The translations under genes and the position numbers were made by a program. A stretch of DNA of 64,000 nucleotides from Planctomycetota bacterium (GTDB taxonomy: Bacteria; Planctomycetota; B15-G4; SIAN01), in assembly GCA_031409275.1 (NCBI GenBank), contig JANNXA010000049.1:32001-96000 (forward strand). The letters run 5' to 3'. Position 1 is the first letter of the stretch. Every line of letters starts with the position of its first letter. Positions 8,880-20,924 of this stretch are shown here, piece by piece. A model generated the notes under the pieces. That model ran no database searches. It was not told where the DNA came from and saw only the letters and a program-made list of their open reading frames with translations.

Positions 8880-11800
8880 TCATGGCGAGGACAGCGGAAT
8901 GCGCAGCTCCGGCTCGCCCTTCAGCGTGATCGAGCGATCGATCGGCTGGCCGCGCAGCGATCCGTGCACGCGATAGGTCCCCGGCGCGAAGCGGCCAAGT
9001 CGCACGGCGTTCTGCTGCCACGGCGCGTTCAGCGCCTCGCTCAGTTCACCGAGTCCGAACAGCGTCAGTGGCAGCGGCCCTTGCGGACCGTCGATGGTGA
9101 GGGAAAGCGTGGCGAGATCGGCGAACTCGATGTCGCCGAGCAGCGCGAAAACCTCGGTGCCGCCGGTCAGTTCGAGTCGCACTCGGGCGATCTGTCCGAC
9201 GCTGGCGCGAACCGCGCGAGCCGTCGCCGTCGCGTGGCCGGCGGCGCGTGCGACCACGTCCCAGCTGCCCTCCGGCACGCCGCTGTACTCAAAGGCGCCC
9301 TCGCTGTCGCTCGAGACGCTCGACCACTCCTCCAGGAATCCTCCGCTGGCCGGATTGCGCAGGAAGAGCGATCCGTTCGCCACCGGCTTGCCCGCGCTGT
9401 CGACGAGCGTGCCGGCGATGGTCGCGGCGCGTGGCAGGCGGATCTCGCCGAGATCGACCGTGCCGGTCGCCGGCGCTTGCGCCGGAGTTGCCGCGAGCGC
9501 GTGGTCGCGTGAACGATTGGAGAGCAGATCGCCGCCGCCGGCGATCACTCGGCAGGCGCCGGCCGGGACCCGCGGCAGCGTGAAGCGGCCGTCCGCATTG
9601 GTGCGCACGGCCATCGTGCGGCGCATGGCCATTTCCATCGCGTTGGCCGATCCGCCGTCGGTCGCGGCGGCGAGGTAGATGGCGATCCCGGCCAACGGGA
9701 CGCCGCTTTCCGCATCGACCACCGCGCCGGTGAGGGCGCCTGCGGGCACGTCGATCGTGACATCGACGGTCGAGCCTTCCTTGAGCAGGACCGGAACCAG
9801 CGCGGCGTTCATGTCGCCGGCCGCGAAGTCACCGCCATGGACCTGCACGAAGGCGCGACCGGCCTGCAGAGCGTCGAATCGAAACGACCCGTCCGCCTCG
9901 GTGGTGGCCGCGGCCACGCCGCTCGAGCGTCCCTCTTCTCCCGATCCGATCACCTGAACCATCGCACCCGCGAACGGGCGTCCGCCGCTGGTGACGCGGC
10001 CCTCGAGCGCAGCGTGCCCTTGCGTCTGCGCGCCGAAGTCGACGCGCAGCTGCTCACCGGGCTTCAGGCGGACCGACTGCGTCTCGATCTGCCCCTGCAT
10101 CTCCTTCATGAAGTCGTCGCCGCCGATGGCGAGGTTCGACGGCATGCGCGTCAGCGCGAAGTTACCGGCGGCGAGCCCCTCGATGCGGTAGGCGCCGTTG
10201 GCGTCGCTCTTGGTCGACTGCATCGAGAAGCGCGTGAGGTCCTGGCACATGATGCTGGCGCCGGCGATCGGTGCCCGGTCGCTGCCGCGCACCTCGCCGA
10301 AGATCACGGCACCCGCGTCGAGTTCGACCTGGAGCTCCGCGGACGTCTCGCCCGCGGCGAGTGGCGGCGCCGTGAGCTCCACTTCGACGAATCCTTCGGC
10401 TCGAACGGCGATGCGATGGGCGCCGGCGCCGAGGCCGCCGATGCGGAATCGTCCGTCGCCGTCGCTCTTGGCGCCGACCGGCTGCAGCATGCGCGAGACC
10501 ATCTGCTGCAACATCGCCTGGTCGGCCTGGAGCTGGCGCACGCTCGCGCCGACGACCGGACGACCGTCTACGGCGGCGACCACGCGACCGAGCAGGACCG
10601 CCTCCGCTTGCAGCGAAGCGATGACGCCGCGCTTGGTCGCCCCCTCTTCAAGCGTGAACCACTCGCTGCGCCAGTCGCCGTGACCTTCGGCCGCGATCGT
10701 GAGGCGCAGGTCGCCCGGCTCGACGCCGGCGACGCGGAACTTGCCGTTCTCGGTCGCGAACGGCAGCGCGAGCTGTTGCAGCCCCTGGAAAGAGGATGCA
10801 TCGAACATGGAAGTCGGTTCAGCGGCACGCCGCTCGATTCGGAGCTCGAAGCTCTTCAGCGCTTTTCCGGTCACTCGCGAGAGGGCGATTCCCTCGATGG
10901 CACCGCGCGTGGCGAGCCGCAGTTCGACTGCCGTGGCGTTCGCCGCAGCCTCCGTCTTCGCCTCCTGATAGCCCGCGGCGCGCGCGACGACTTCGAGCTT
11001 GAAGTCGACGAGCCCGGTCAGCACGAAGGCGCCGTCGGCGTCGCATTCCGCGAAGCGGCGGCCGGCACCGGTGGCGGCGCGCATGACATTGGCGAGCGAA
11101 CTCGGCTCGCTGGCGGAGACGCGCGCGCCGCCGATGGGGGTGCCGTCCTTGGCGAGCACGTGGCCGCGCAGCTCGCGGCCTTTGGCGAGCTGCAGTTCGA
11201 CCGCGATCTCGGGTGCGGAGAGATCGACCACGACTTCGCGTCGGCACTCGACCCATGGCGGGAGATCGACGCGGACGTAGTAGCGGCCGGCGGCGATCCC
11301 GACGAAACGCGTCTGGCCTTCGGCGTCAAGCCGCTTGCGCACGCCGCGCACCGCGTCGCCCTGCGCCGTCATCTCGTCGAGCTTCAGGTCGGCGCGCTCG
11401 AGGCGGCAGAGCGCTGTGGCGACCGGCGCGCCGACGGCGTCGCGTGCGGTGACGGCGATCGTCGCGCCGCGCGACAGCGAGAGCTCGACTTCAGCGGTGC
11501 GTCCGGCGACGGTCGCCACCGTGACCGTCGGCGAACTCGCGAAGCCGTTGGCGTGCGCCGCGACGTGGAGCTCGAGTCCACCGGGGACGCCCGCCAGCGC
11601 GAACGCGCCGCTCGCGTCGCTGATGGCGCTCGCGGGTTTGCGCAGATCGAGTCCTTGCGCCGAGAACATGGCGAATGGATCGAAGTGCGTGCCGGCGACG
11701 ACGCGCGCGCCGGCGAAAGGGACCCCGTCGGGATCGAGGACGCGACCGCGGACGCTCGCCCCGTCGATCAGCAGGAGCTCGATCGGCGCCGGCTCCGCTT

Positions 11801-12395
11801 CCTTGCCGAGGTCGACGACGACGGGCTTCACGCACTCGGCCAATTCGGCGACCGCGTCGATCGTGAGTCGAATCGAATCGGCGATCGGCAATTCGAAGCG
11901 GCCGTCGGCGTCGGTGCGCGTTTGCGCGGTGGGATCGGAGCGCTCCTCGGTGTCGTCGCGCTCTTCGGTGGGAAGAGCGTCCTGTTCCGGCCAGGGCATG
12001 GCGCCCAGCGAGTCGAGGTCGTGCTGCGCCGCCGCCGGACGCGAGCTTCCGCGCGCGTCGGCGAGTCCCCGCTCGATTGACTGGCGTGCGAGTGGCGCCT
12101 GGCCGCGATGGGCGCGGACGAGCGCGTCAGCGGCGGGGCGGCCATCGGCGGCGAAGTGGACGACGCCGCGGATCGTATGACGCGCGGTGGCGGTCGCCGC
12201 TCGACTCGCCGTATCACGCTGCGCCGCGACTCCGACGTCGCTGCTGGCGGCGTCGGCGAGCGCGCTGCTGCCGTCGGCGCGCTTCGCCGCCGCGGGCGCC
12301 GCTCCGAGCTTCGGTCCCGTGGCGCGCTGGTTCCAGAAGGCAAGTCCGGCAAGGAGCAACGCGGCGATGAGCAGCCACGGGGCGGCGCGTTTCAT
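8880..12395 (-). CDS. Large membrane-anchored protein with tandem carboxypeptidase-regulatory-like (prealbumin-like) repeats
   Basis: N-terminal TM helix followed by about 9 repeats of 'GxVxDxxGxPxAGAxV...T/SDADGxF'. Confidence 0.85.
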   Translation of the reverse strand: MKRAAPWLLIAALLLAGLAFWNQRATGPKLGAAPAAAKRADGSSALADAASSDVGVAAQRDTASRAATATARHTIRGVVHFAADGRPAADALVRAHRGQAPLARQSIERGLADARGSSRPAAAQHDLDSLGAMPWPEQDALPTEERDDTEERSDPTAQTRTDADGRFELPIADSIRLTIDAVAELAECVKPVVVDLGKEAEPAPIELLLIDGASVRGRVLDPDGVPFAGARVVAGTHFDPFAMFSAQGLDLRKPASAISDASGAFALAGVPGGLELHVAAHANGFASSPTVTVATVAGRTAEVELSLSRGATIAVTARDAVGAPVATALCRLERADLKLDEMTAQGDAVRGVRKRLDAEGQTRFVGIAAGRYYVRVDLPPWVECRREVVVDLSAPEIAVELQLAKGRELRGHVLAKDGTPIGGARVSASEPSSLANVMRAATGAGRRFAECDADGAFVLTGLVDFKLEVVARAAGYQEAKTEAAANATAVELRLATRGAIEGIALSRVTGKALKSFELRIERRAAEPTSMFDASSFQGLQQLALPFATENGKFRVAGVEPGDLRLTIAAEGHGDWRSEWFTLEEGATKRGVIASLQAEAVLLGRVVAAVDGRPVVGASVRQLQADQAMLQQMVSRMLQPVGAKSDGDGRFRIGGLGAGAHRIAVRAEGFVEVELTAPPLAAGETSAELQVELDAGAVIFGEVRGSDRAPIAGASIMCQDLTRFSMQSTKSDANGAYRIEGLAAGNFALTRMPSNLAIGGDDFMKEMQGQIETQSVRLKPGEQLRVDFGAQTQGHAALEGRVTSGGRPFAGAMVQVIGSGEEGRSSGVAAATTEADGSFRFDALQAGRAFVQVHGGDFAAGDMNAALVPVLLKEGSTVDVTIDVPAGALTGAVVDAESGVPLAGIAIYLAAATDGGSANAMEMAMRRTMAVRTNADGRFTLPRVPAGACRVIAGGGDLLSNRSRDHALAATPAQAPATGTVDLGEIRLPRAATIAGTLVDSAGKPVANGSLFLRNPASGGFLEEWSSVSSDSEGAFEYSGVPEGSWDVVARAAGHATATARAVRASVGQIARVRLELTGGTEVFALLGDIEFADLATLSLTIDGPQGPLPLTLFGLGELSEALNAPWQQNAVRLGRFAPGTYRVHGSLRGQPIDRSITLKGEPELRIPLSSP

Positions 12396-12655
12396 GGATC
12401 GAGCTCCAGTGGAAAGGGGGCGACAGGAGCAAACGTAGGTCCCCGAGCTCCGTCCCAGCGCTGCGCGCACGTCGGACGGCGAAGGCCGGTCACCAACGTG
12501 GCGTCGGTGTGCCGATTCGACTCAGTTCGAATCGGGGCGCCTCCGCTTTACTCTCCCGCCCGTTCCGCTCGAAACAGCAACGATCGCGGCCATCGCAACG
12601 GCCGCTCGTCCACGCACGCCGGCCGTTCGTTCGGCCGACCCAGGAGCCCGCTGAC

Positions 12656-15118
12656 ATGAGGACTGCTCGTTGGATGGCGACCGCGTTGGTCGCGACGGCC
12701 ACGCTCACGACGGCTGCGCTGGCGATGTTGCCGCGCGCCAACGCGACGATCGCGAACGCTTCCCCGATCGGCGCGGCGGTCGCGACGTCACTGGTGGTCG
12801 CGCCGCCGACGGTGGCGTCGGATGCCGGCCCGCGGGTGGTCCTGCTGGGCTTCGACGGCGCCTCGCACCACCTCGCGGAACAGTTCATCGCCGAGGGGCG
12901 GATGCCGTGGGCGAAGAAGTTGATGGAGCAGGGCGCCTTCCTGCCGCTCGGTTCCGCCAACCCGTCCGAATCGCCGGTGGCGTGGGCGTCCGTCAACAGC
13001 GGCCAGAACCCGGGCAAGACCAACATCTTCGGTTTCATCCGCCGCACGTTCCGGTGGTCCGAGCTCACCGACGAGAAGGGGCAGCCGAAGCTCGTCGGCA
13101 GCGTGATCCCGACGATCGGCTACAGCCGCGGCGCCGACCTCGCGTTCCGCGACGGCTTCACCATGCCGTCGCATCAGAACGACTTGTCGGTGAAGAACTT
13201 CTGGGACCTGCTCGACGACGCCAAGCTCTCCTCGCGAGTGCTGCAGGCGGCGTGCAACTACCCGGCGACCGGCGGTCCGAACACCAAGCTGCTGGCAGGC
13301 CTCTCCGTGCCCGACGTGCGCGGCGGCCCCGGCACCTACCTCGTCTACACCAACAGCGAATGGGAGTTCAACCGCTCGACCGGCAACGGCGGGCAGGTGC
13401 TGAAGTACAAGGTCATCTGCCCGAAGTGCAAGAACAAGAGCTTCTCCTTCACCAAGGGCTGCGCGAAGTGCGCGGACGGCAACAAGGTCGGCTACTTCGA
13501 GACCAAGCTCTCGGGGCCGGAGAACTTCGTCGAAGCGCAGAAGTGGGCGCGCAAGATCGCCGAGCTGCAGAAGGCGTTCGATGCGGCGAAAGAAGGGGCG
13601 CCCGAGAAGCAGCAGCTGACCAAGGACCTGAACACGGCGAAGAATGACCGCAAGAAGTGGGAGGCGGACAAGGGCAACGCCTCGGTGCCGCTGTCCGGCC
13701 TCGTCGACAAGGCGGCCGGAACCATCAAGTTCACGCTGTCGGGCCAGGACGTCTTGCTGAAGGAGGGCGAGTGGTCGCCCTACATCCCGGTGACGTTCGA
13801 CGTCGAGGGTGCGTTCGCAGTGAAGGCGACGGCGCACCTGCACGTGTCGCAGTGCAATGCGACGGCAGAGGACGTGAAGTTCTATCTGCCGGCGATCACG
13901 GCGGCCGCCGACGCCACGCCGCCGAACATGCCGATCACCTCGCCGCGCGAGTTCGGGGCGGAGCTGGTGAAGGACGTCGGCTACTTCGACACGATCGGCT
14001 GGTCGTGCCAGACGCACGCGCTGAAGGATGACGAGATCGGCGACCTCTCGTTCATGTCGGCCATCTGGGACACGATCCAGTGGCGCCGCAAGATGCTGAT
14101 CGCGCAACTCGACAAGAATGACTGGCGGACGCTGTTCCAGGTCTTCGGCGAGACCGATCGCGTCTGCCACATGATGTACCGCTTCTTCGACCCCAAGCAC
14201 CCGCAGTACAAGGCCGAGGATGCCGCGAAGATGGTCCGCTTCGGTCCGCGCGAGATCGCGGCAAAGGACGCCATCCCGGCGATCTACGAGGAAGTCGACA
14301 AGACCATCGGCATCGTGATGGAGCGGCTCGAAGCGGGCAAGCTCGGCGACTGCACGCTGATGGTCTGCTCGGACCACGGGTTCAGCTCGTTCCGCGAGGA
14401 GGTCGAGCTCAACGCTTGGCTCGTCGACCAGGGCTTCATGACGCTGAAGACCGAGCCCGACGGCAAGCCGACCACCAACAAGTCGTTCCTCGGCTACGTC
14501 GACTGGGCGAAGACGAAGGCCTACTCCGTCGGCATCGGGACGATCTACCTGAACGTGAAGGGGCGCGAGCCCAATGGCAGCGTCGACCCGGCCGACTACG
14601 ACAAGGTCTGCGATGAGCTGATCGCGAAGATGCTGGCCTACCGCAATCCGAACAAGGAATCGCCCAACGATCCGCAGGTCTTCAAGGGCGCGTGGAAGCG
14701 CAGCGAGTACCTCGCGGGACCGTTTGCCACCGACCTGCGCGACGCCAAGGGGCGCTGCACGGAAGGGGCGGCCGACGTCCAGGTTGGTTTCAACGTCGGC
14801 TACCGCGTCGGCTGGGGCACGGCGATGGGCGACCGCAGCAAGGACGCCATCATCTTCCCGAACAAGAACCGCTGGTCGGGCGACCACACCTCGGTCCATC
14901 CGTACCTCGTGCGCGGGATCTTCTTCTGCAGCAAGAAGGTGGCGCCCGGTTCGGCTCCGCACCTGCAGGACCTCGCGCCGACGATCCTCGCCCTCCACGG
15001 CGTGCCGGTGCCGGCCGACATGGATGGCCACCTGATCGCGCTGCCGGGTCTCGAGGAGTTGGCGAAGAAGCACGTCGGCGGCAGCGCCAATCGCGAGTCG
15101 CTGATTCCGCCGAACTGA
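12656..15118 (+). CDS. AlkP-superfamily (NPP/phosphodiesterase-type) protein 1, Sec signal, with CxxC..CxxC insert
   Basis: 'LLGFDGA', 'NPSESPVAWASVNSG', 'ETDRVCH', 'CSDHGF', 'WSGDH', 'DLAPTIL'. AGGAG RBS upstream. Confidence 0.88.
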   Translation: MRTARWMATALVATATLTTAALAMLPRANATIANASPIGAAVATSLVVAPPTVASDAGPRVVLLGFDGASHHLAEQFIAEGRMPWAKKLMEQGAFLPLGSANPSESPVAWASVNSGQNPGKTNIFGFIRRTFRWSELTDEKGQPKLVGSVIPTIGYSRGADLAFRDGFTMPSHQNDLSVKNFWDLLDDAKLSSRVLQAACNYPATGGPNTKLLAGLSVPDVRGGPGTYLVYTNSEWEFNRSTGNGGQVLKYKVICPKCKNKSFSFTKGCAKCADGNKVGYFETKLSGPENFVEAQKWARKIAELQKAFDAAKEGAPEKQQLTKDLNTAKNDRKKWEADKGNASVPLSGLVDKAAGTIKFTLSGQDVLLKEGEWSPYIPVTFDVEGAFAVKATAHLHVSQCNATAEDVKFYLPAITAAADATPPNMPITSPREFGAELVKDVGYFDTIGWSCQTHALKDDEIGDLSFMSAIWDTIQWRRKMLIAQLDKNDWRTLFQVFGETDRVCHMMYRFFDPKHPQYKAEDAAKMVRFGPREIAAKDAIPAIYEEVDKTIGIVMERLEAGKLGDCTLMVCSDHGFSSFREEVELNAWLVDQGFMTLKTEPDGKPTTNKSFLGYVDWAKTKAYSVGIGTIYLNVKGREPNGSVDPADYDKVCDELIAKMLAYRNPNKESPNDPQVFKGAWKRSEYLAGPFATDLRDAKGRCTEGAADVQVGFNVGYRVGWGTAMGDRSKDAIIFPNKNRWSGDHTSVHPYLVRGIFFCSKKVAPGSAPHLQDLAPTILALHGVPVPADMDGHLIALPGLEELAKKHVGGSANRESLIPPN

Positions 15119-15249
15119 AGGCGCGTCGCGCGACGAAGCCCATGAATGCAGCGCGGGCGGCTCGGGAGATCCCGGGCCGCCCGCGTCGTTTCCGTTCGAG
15201 TCATCGCCGGCCATCGCCGGTCGGTGGCGTCACGCGTTCGTGCGCGCGA

Positions 15250-15831
15250 TCACTGCTGCGCGCCCGTCTCCTCCTCGTCCTCGCCTTCAGCGCCGAGATA
15301 GCCGAGCGCCTTCAGCTGGTCGAGCGCGCCCGAGTCGCCCGCCTCCATGAACTTCTGCTCGCAGAACTTCGCGACGCGCTTCAGCTTTTTCATCACGACC
15401 GCGTCGGTCCCGAACTTCTTCTTCGCCACCTCGAGCAGGTCCAGCGCAACCTTCGGGTGATCGCTCTCCGCGAGGCCGATCCCGAGCGAGGCGTACTGCT
15501 CCGCCGTCAGCACCGCGGTCGACGCGGCCATCTGTTGCACCGCCGCCTTGCCGGCGTCGTCACCGTTGCCGCGCGCGGACGCGGTGATCTTGTCGCTCCA
15601 CGCCTGCGCCTTCTCTTCGGCGGTCGCCTTGGAGTCGGCAAGCGCCGCGTCGAGCGCCACAAGGGCCGCCTTCCACTCCTCCTTGGCGGCGGCGCTAGTC
15701 GCGTCGTCGAGGAGTTCGCTTGCGCTCTTGCCGGAGGTTGGCGCTCCACCGGAGTCGGTCGGCTTCTGGTCGCCGCATGCCGCGACGAGTGAGAGAGCGA
15801 TCAGGGCGGTGAGCAGGTGCGTGGGGCGCAT
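15250..15831 (-). CDS. Helical (TPR-like) lipoprotein with C-terminal LKALGYL motif
   Basis: Lipobox 'LVAAC', Ala/Lys-rich helices, ending 'ALDQLKALGYLGAEGEDEEE'. Confidence 0.75.
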   Translation of the reverse strand: MRPTHLLTALIALSLVAACGDQKPTDSGGAPTSGKSASELLDDATSAAAKEEWKAALVALDAALADSKATAEEKAQAWSDKITASARGNGDDAGKAAVQQMAASTAVLTAEQYASLGIGLAESDHPKVALDLLEVAKKKFGTDAVVMKKLKRVAKFCEQKFMEAGDSGALDQLKALGYLGAEGEDEEETGAQQ

Positions 15832-15990
15832 GAATTCAAAGTGCTCCGTAGCGGAAGTAGGGGGGGCGAGAGCGTAGCGGCGAAAGTGTCTTTGGCCGCG
15901 GAGGCCGCCGTGCTGCTTGGACGGCGGTCGCCCGCTCGCGTCGATGGTCGGCGCGGGACCCTACCTCGCCTCCGCGCCGCCGGCACCGCC

Positions 15991-16063
15991 TTGACGAGCC
16001 GCAAAGCGAAGGTATCTATTCCGCCTCCAATGAGAGTGCGATCGGAGTGCGATTGGAGTGCGA
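15991..16063 (+). promoter_or_regulatory. Putative promoter/operator: TTGACG -35-like box plus three GAGTGCGA direct repeats at 11-bp period
   Basis: TTGACG at 15991 and an AT-rich TATCTATT at 16013 (poor -10 match). GAGTGCGA occurs at 16034, 16045 and 16056. Inverted CTCCAAT/ATTGGAG at 16025/16052. Confidence 0.55.
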
Positions 16064-16116
16064 CCGCTTCGGAGGCGGGCGCTGCCGTTGCCCGATCTCG
16101 CCGTCTTGAGGGCCCG

Positions 16117-16362
16117 ATGCGCGAAAGCAAGGTGACGGTCAAGATCCCGCGGCCGCTCTACCGCAAGATCCAGCTCGTCATCGAGAACTCCGGCTTCTCG
16201 TCGCCAACCGATTTTGTCGTCTTCGTGCTCCGCGATCTCCTCGGCGAGGCCGAGCGCAAGAGTGCCGAGCCGACGGCGGCCGCAGCTGCGACCGCGGACG
16301 ACTTTTCCGCGCACGACCTCGAGGCAGTGAAGCACAAGCTGAAGAACCTGGGATACCTGTGA
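16117..16362 (+). CDS. CopG/ribbon-helix-helix protein with C-terminal LxxLGY tail
   Basis: 'VTVKIPRPLYRKIQ...GFSSPTDFVVFVLR' is the RHH strand-helix-helix pattern. It ends 'KHKLKNLGYL'. Confidence 0.85.
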   Translation: MRESKVTVKIPRPLYRKIQLVIENSGFSSPTDFVVFVLRDLLGEAERKSAEPTAAAAATADDFSAHDLEAVKHKLKNLGYL

Positions 16363-16416
16363 CGCGCCGGTCGGCCGCGGCTTCGCAGCCGCCGGCGCGC
16401 GCGCGTTCTTGAACCG

Positions 16417-16458
16417 CGTTTCTGACACCGTTTCTGAAGACACCGTTTCTGAAGACAC
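16417..16458 (+). repeat. Tandem direct repeat CGTTTCTGA(AGA)CAC x3 immediately upstream of the sat RBS
   Basis: Copies at 16417 (12 nt), 16429 and 16444 (15 nt each), followed by GAGGA and the ATG at 16470. Confidence 0.85.
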
Positions 16459-16469
16459 AGAGGAATTCG

Positions 16470-17624
16470 ATGATCGCTCCGCATGGTGGACGGCTGGTGA
16501 ACCGGATGGTCGAGGGCGGCGAGCGCGATCGCCTGCTCGCTTCGGCTCCGAAGCTCCCGAAGGTGGTCCTGAACGCGCGCGAGATGGCCGACGTCGACAT
16601 GATCGCCGTCGGTGCCATGAGCCCGCTGCAGGGCTTCATGGGCAAGGCGGACTACGACGCCGTGCTCGCGACGCGCCGACTGAACAACGGCCTGCCGTGG
16701 ACGATCCCGATCGTGCTCGCCGTCAAGCCCGGCACGAGCGCCGAGGCGTACAAGGAGGGCAGCGATGTCGCCCTCGAGACGACCGACGGGCAGCTGCTCG
16801 CCATCCTCCACCTCGACTCGAAGTGGAAGATGGACAAGGGTGACGAGGCGCGGAAGGTGCTGCGCACGGACGACAAGGCGCACCCTGGCGTCGGCTACCT
16901 CGAGTCGATCGGCGACACCTACCTCGGCGGCACGCTGTCGGTGGTCAACCGCCTGAAGTACGACAAGTACAACAACCGCCGCCTCGACCCGGTCGAGACG
17001 CGGACGCTCTTCAAGAGCAAGGGCTGGAACACGATCGTCGCGTTCCAGACGCGCAACCCGATCCATCGCGCGCACGAGTACCTCACCAAGGTCGCGCTCG
17101 AAGTCGTCGACGGCCTGATGCTCCACCCGCTGATGGGCGAGACCAAGAGCGACGACGTCCCGGCCGACGTGCGCATGAAGTGCTACGAAGCGCTCCTCGC
17201 CGGCTACTACCCGAAGGAGCGCACGGCGCTCGCCGTCTATCCGCAGGCGATGCGCTACGGCGGGCCAAGCGAGGCCGTTCTCCACGCGATCTGCCGCAAG
17301 AACTACGGCTGCACCCACTTCATCGTCGGTCGCGACCACGCCGGCGTCGGCAGCTACTACGGCAGCTACGACGCGCAGAAGATCTTCGAGGAGTACGCCC
17401 CCGGCGAAGTCGGGATCAACCTCCTCAAGTTCGAGAACTCGTTCTGGTGCAAGCGCACCAACGGCATGGCCTCGACCAAGTCGAGCCCGGCCACGCCGGA
17501 AGAGCGCATCAACCTCTCGGGCACGCAGGTGCGCGAGATGCTGCGCGCCGGCACCATCCCGCCGGTCGAGTTCACGCGCCCGGAGATCGCGAAGATCCTG
17601 ATCGACGCGCTCAAGGCGACCTGA
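16470..17624 (+). CDS. sat: Sulfate adenylyltransferase (ATP sulfurylase, Sat type)
   Basis: 'PHGGRLVN', 'AFQTRNPIHRAHEY', 'RKNYGCTHFIVGRDHAGVG', 'LSGTQVREML'. Confidence 0.97.
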   Translation: MIAPHGGRLVNRMVEGGERDRLLASAPKLPKVVLNAREMADVDMIAVGAMSPLQGFMGKADYDAVLATRRLNNGLPWTIPIVLAVKPGTSAEAYKEGSDVALETTDGQLLAILHLDSKWKMDKGDEARKVLRTDDKAHPGVGYLESIGDTYLGGTLSVVNRLKYDKYNNRRLDPVETRTLFKSKGWNTIVAFQTRNPIHRAHEYLTKVALEVVDGLMLHPLMGETKSDDVPADVRMKCYEALLAGYYPKERTALAVYPQAMRYGGPSEAVLHAICRKNYGCTHFIVGRDHAGVGSYYGSYDAQKIFEEYAPGEVGINLLKFENSFWCKRTNGMASTKSSPATPEERINLSGTQVREMLRAGTIPPVEFTRPEIAKILIDALKAT

Positions 17625-17684
17625 TCGCGCGTCCGCCGCGATTCCTCCCTAACTCCCCCAAAGACTCAAGGAAACGGACGACCC

Positions 17685-18284
17685 ATGGAAGGTTTCACGC
17701 TCTGGTTCACCGGGCTCTCGGGCTCGGGCAAGTCGACGCTCGCGGAACGGATCAAGAACGAGCTGATCGAGCGCGGCATGAAGGTCGAGCTGCTCGACGG
17801 CGACGAGTTCCGCACGACGCTCAGCAAGGGGCTCGGCTTCAGCAAGGAAGACCGCGACACCAACATCCGCCGCATCGGTTACGTGGCGAAGCTGCTGTCG
17901 CGCAACGGCGTCGTGGCGATCACCGCCGCGATCTCGCCCTATCGCGATACGCGCAACGAGCAGCGCCAGAAGATCGGGCGCTTCTTCGAGGTCTACACCG
18001 AATGCGATCTCGACACCCTCGAGGCGCGCGACGTGAAGGGGCTCTACAAGAAGGCGCGCGCCGGCCAGATCAAGAACTTCACCGGCGTCGATGACCCGTA
18101 CGAGCCGCCGACCAGCCCCGAGGTCCACTGCAACACGGCGAAGGAGGAGCAGGACGCCTGCTTCGACCGCATCCTCACCGCGCTCGAAGCGCGCGGCTGG
18201 GTGGCGAAGCCCGCCGGCGATGGCATCGACCAGGCGACCGAGGCCGCTGCGATGCGCTCGCTCAAGGCGAAGGGTTTCATCTGA
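17685..18284 (+). CDS. cysC: Adenylyl-sulfate kinase with extra C-terminal tail
   Basis: '[12 protein letters not shown]', 'LDGDEFR', '[16 protein letters not shown]', '[13 protein letters not shown]', '[11 protein letters not shown]'. Confidence 0.97.
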   Translation: MEGFTLWFTGLSGSGKSTLAERIKNELIERGMKVELLDGDEFRTTLSKGLGFSKEDRDTNIRRIGYVAKLLSRNGVVAITAAISPYRDTRNEQRQKIGRFFEVYTECDLDTLEARDVKGLYKKARAGQIKNFTGVDDPYEPPTSPEVHCNTAKEEQDACFDRILTALEARGWVAKPAGDGIDQATEAAAMRSLKAKGFI

Positions 18285-18356
18285 CGATTGCCGGCACCTC
18301 CGGCGTGGACGGCACGACGGCAACTCCGTCCAAGTCGTCACGTCGGAGGTGCAGCG

Positions 18357-18620
18357 ATGGCGGATCTCTTCAGCGTCCTGGCCTACATCGGGCCGGGAAT
18401 CGGTCATTCCTCCCCGTGGTCGACCTGGCTCGACCAGGCGTGCGTCAGTGTCGTGATGACGATCGTGGTCGGCGCGCTCCTCGGCCTTGCCGGCGCGCTG
18501 CCTGGGGCGCTTTGGATCGGCTGGTATTCCGCGCGCATGGCGCCGCGGCGGTTCGCACGCCGGGTCACGCTTCGGATCGGGTCGACTTTTCCCGACGCGC
18601 TGGCCGATCACCCGCGTTGA
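18357..18620 (+). CDS. Small single-pass membrane protein with AYIGPG motif
   Basis: GGAGGT RBS 6 nt before the ATG. Sequence 'MADLFSVLAYIGPGIG', then a TM helix and an Arg-rich tail. The motif is shared with the next gene. Confidence 0.6.
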   Translation: MADLFSVLAYIGPGIGHSSPWSTWLDQACVSVVMTIVVGALLGLAGALPGALWIGWYSARMAPRRFARRVTLRIGSTFPDALADHPR

Positions 18621-18731
18621 GGAAGGCTTGCCTCGCACCACGATGGCGCCTCAAGCTCGGGGGCTATACCTGTCGTACCTTTCGCGATCGAAGCGGCGGC
18701 CCGCGCGCCGCCGTCATGGTTTGAGGTCTGC

Positions 18732-20920
<2,189 letters not shown>

Positions 20921-20924
<4 letters not shown>

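Noticed and set aside
13410..13480. c-type cytochrome motifs in AlkP-1
   Set aside because: The CxxC pairs lack the following His.
16470..18284. Assimilatory or dissimilatory sulfate-reduction operon
   Set aside because: No cysH, cysIJ/sir, aprAB or dsr genes in the window.
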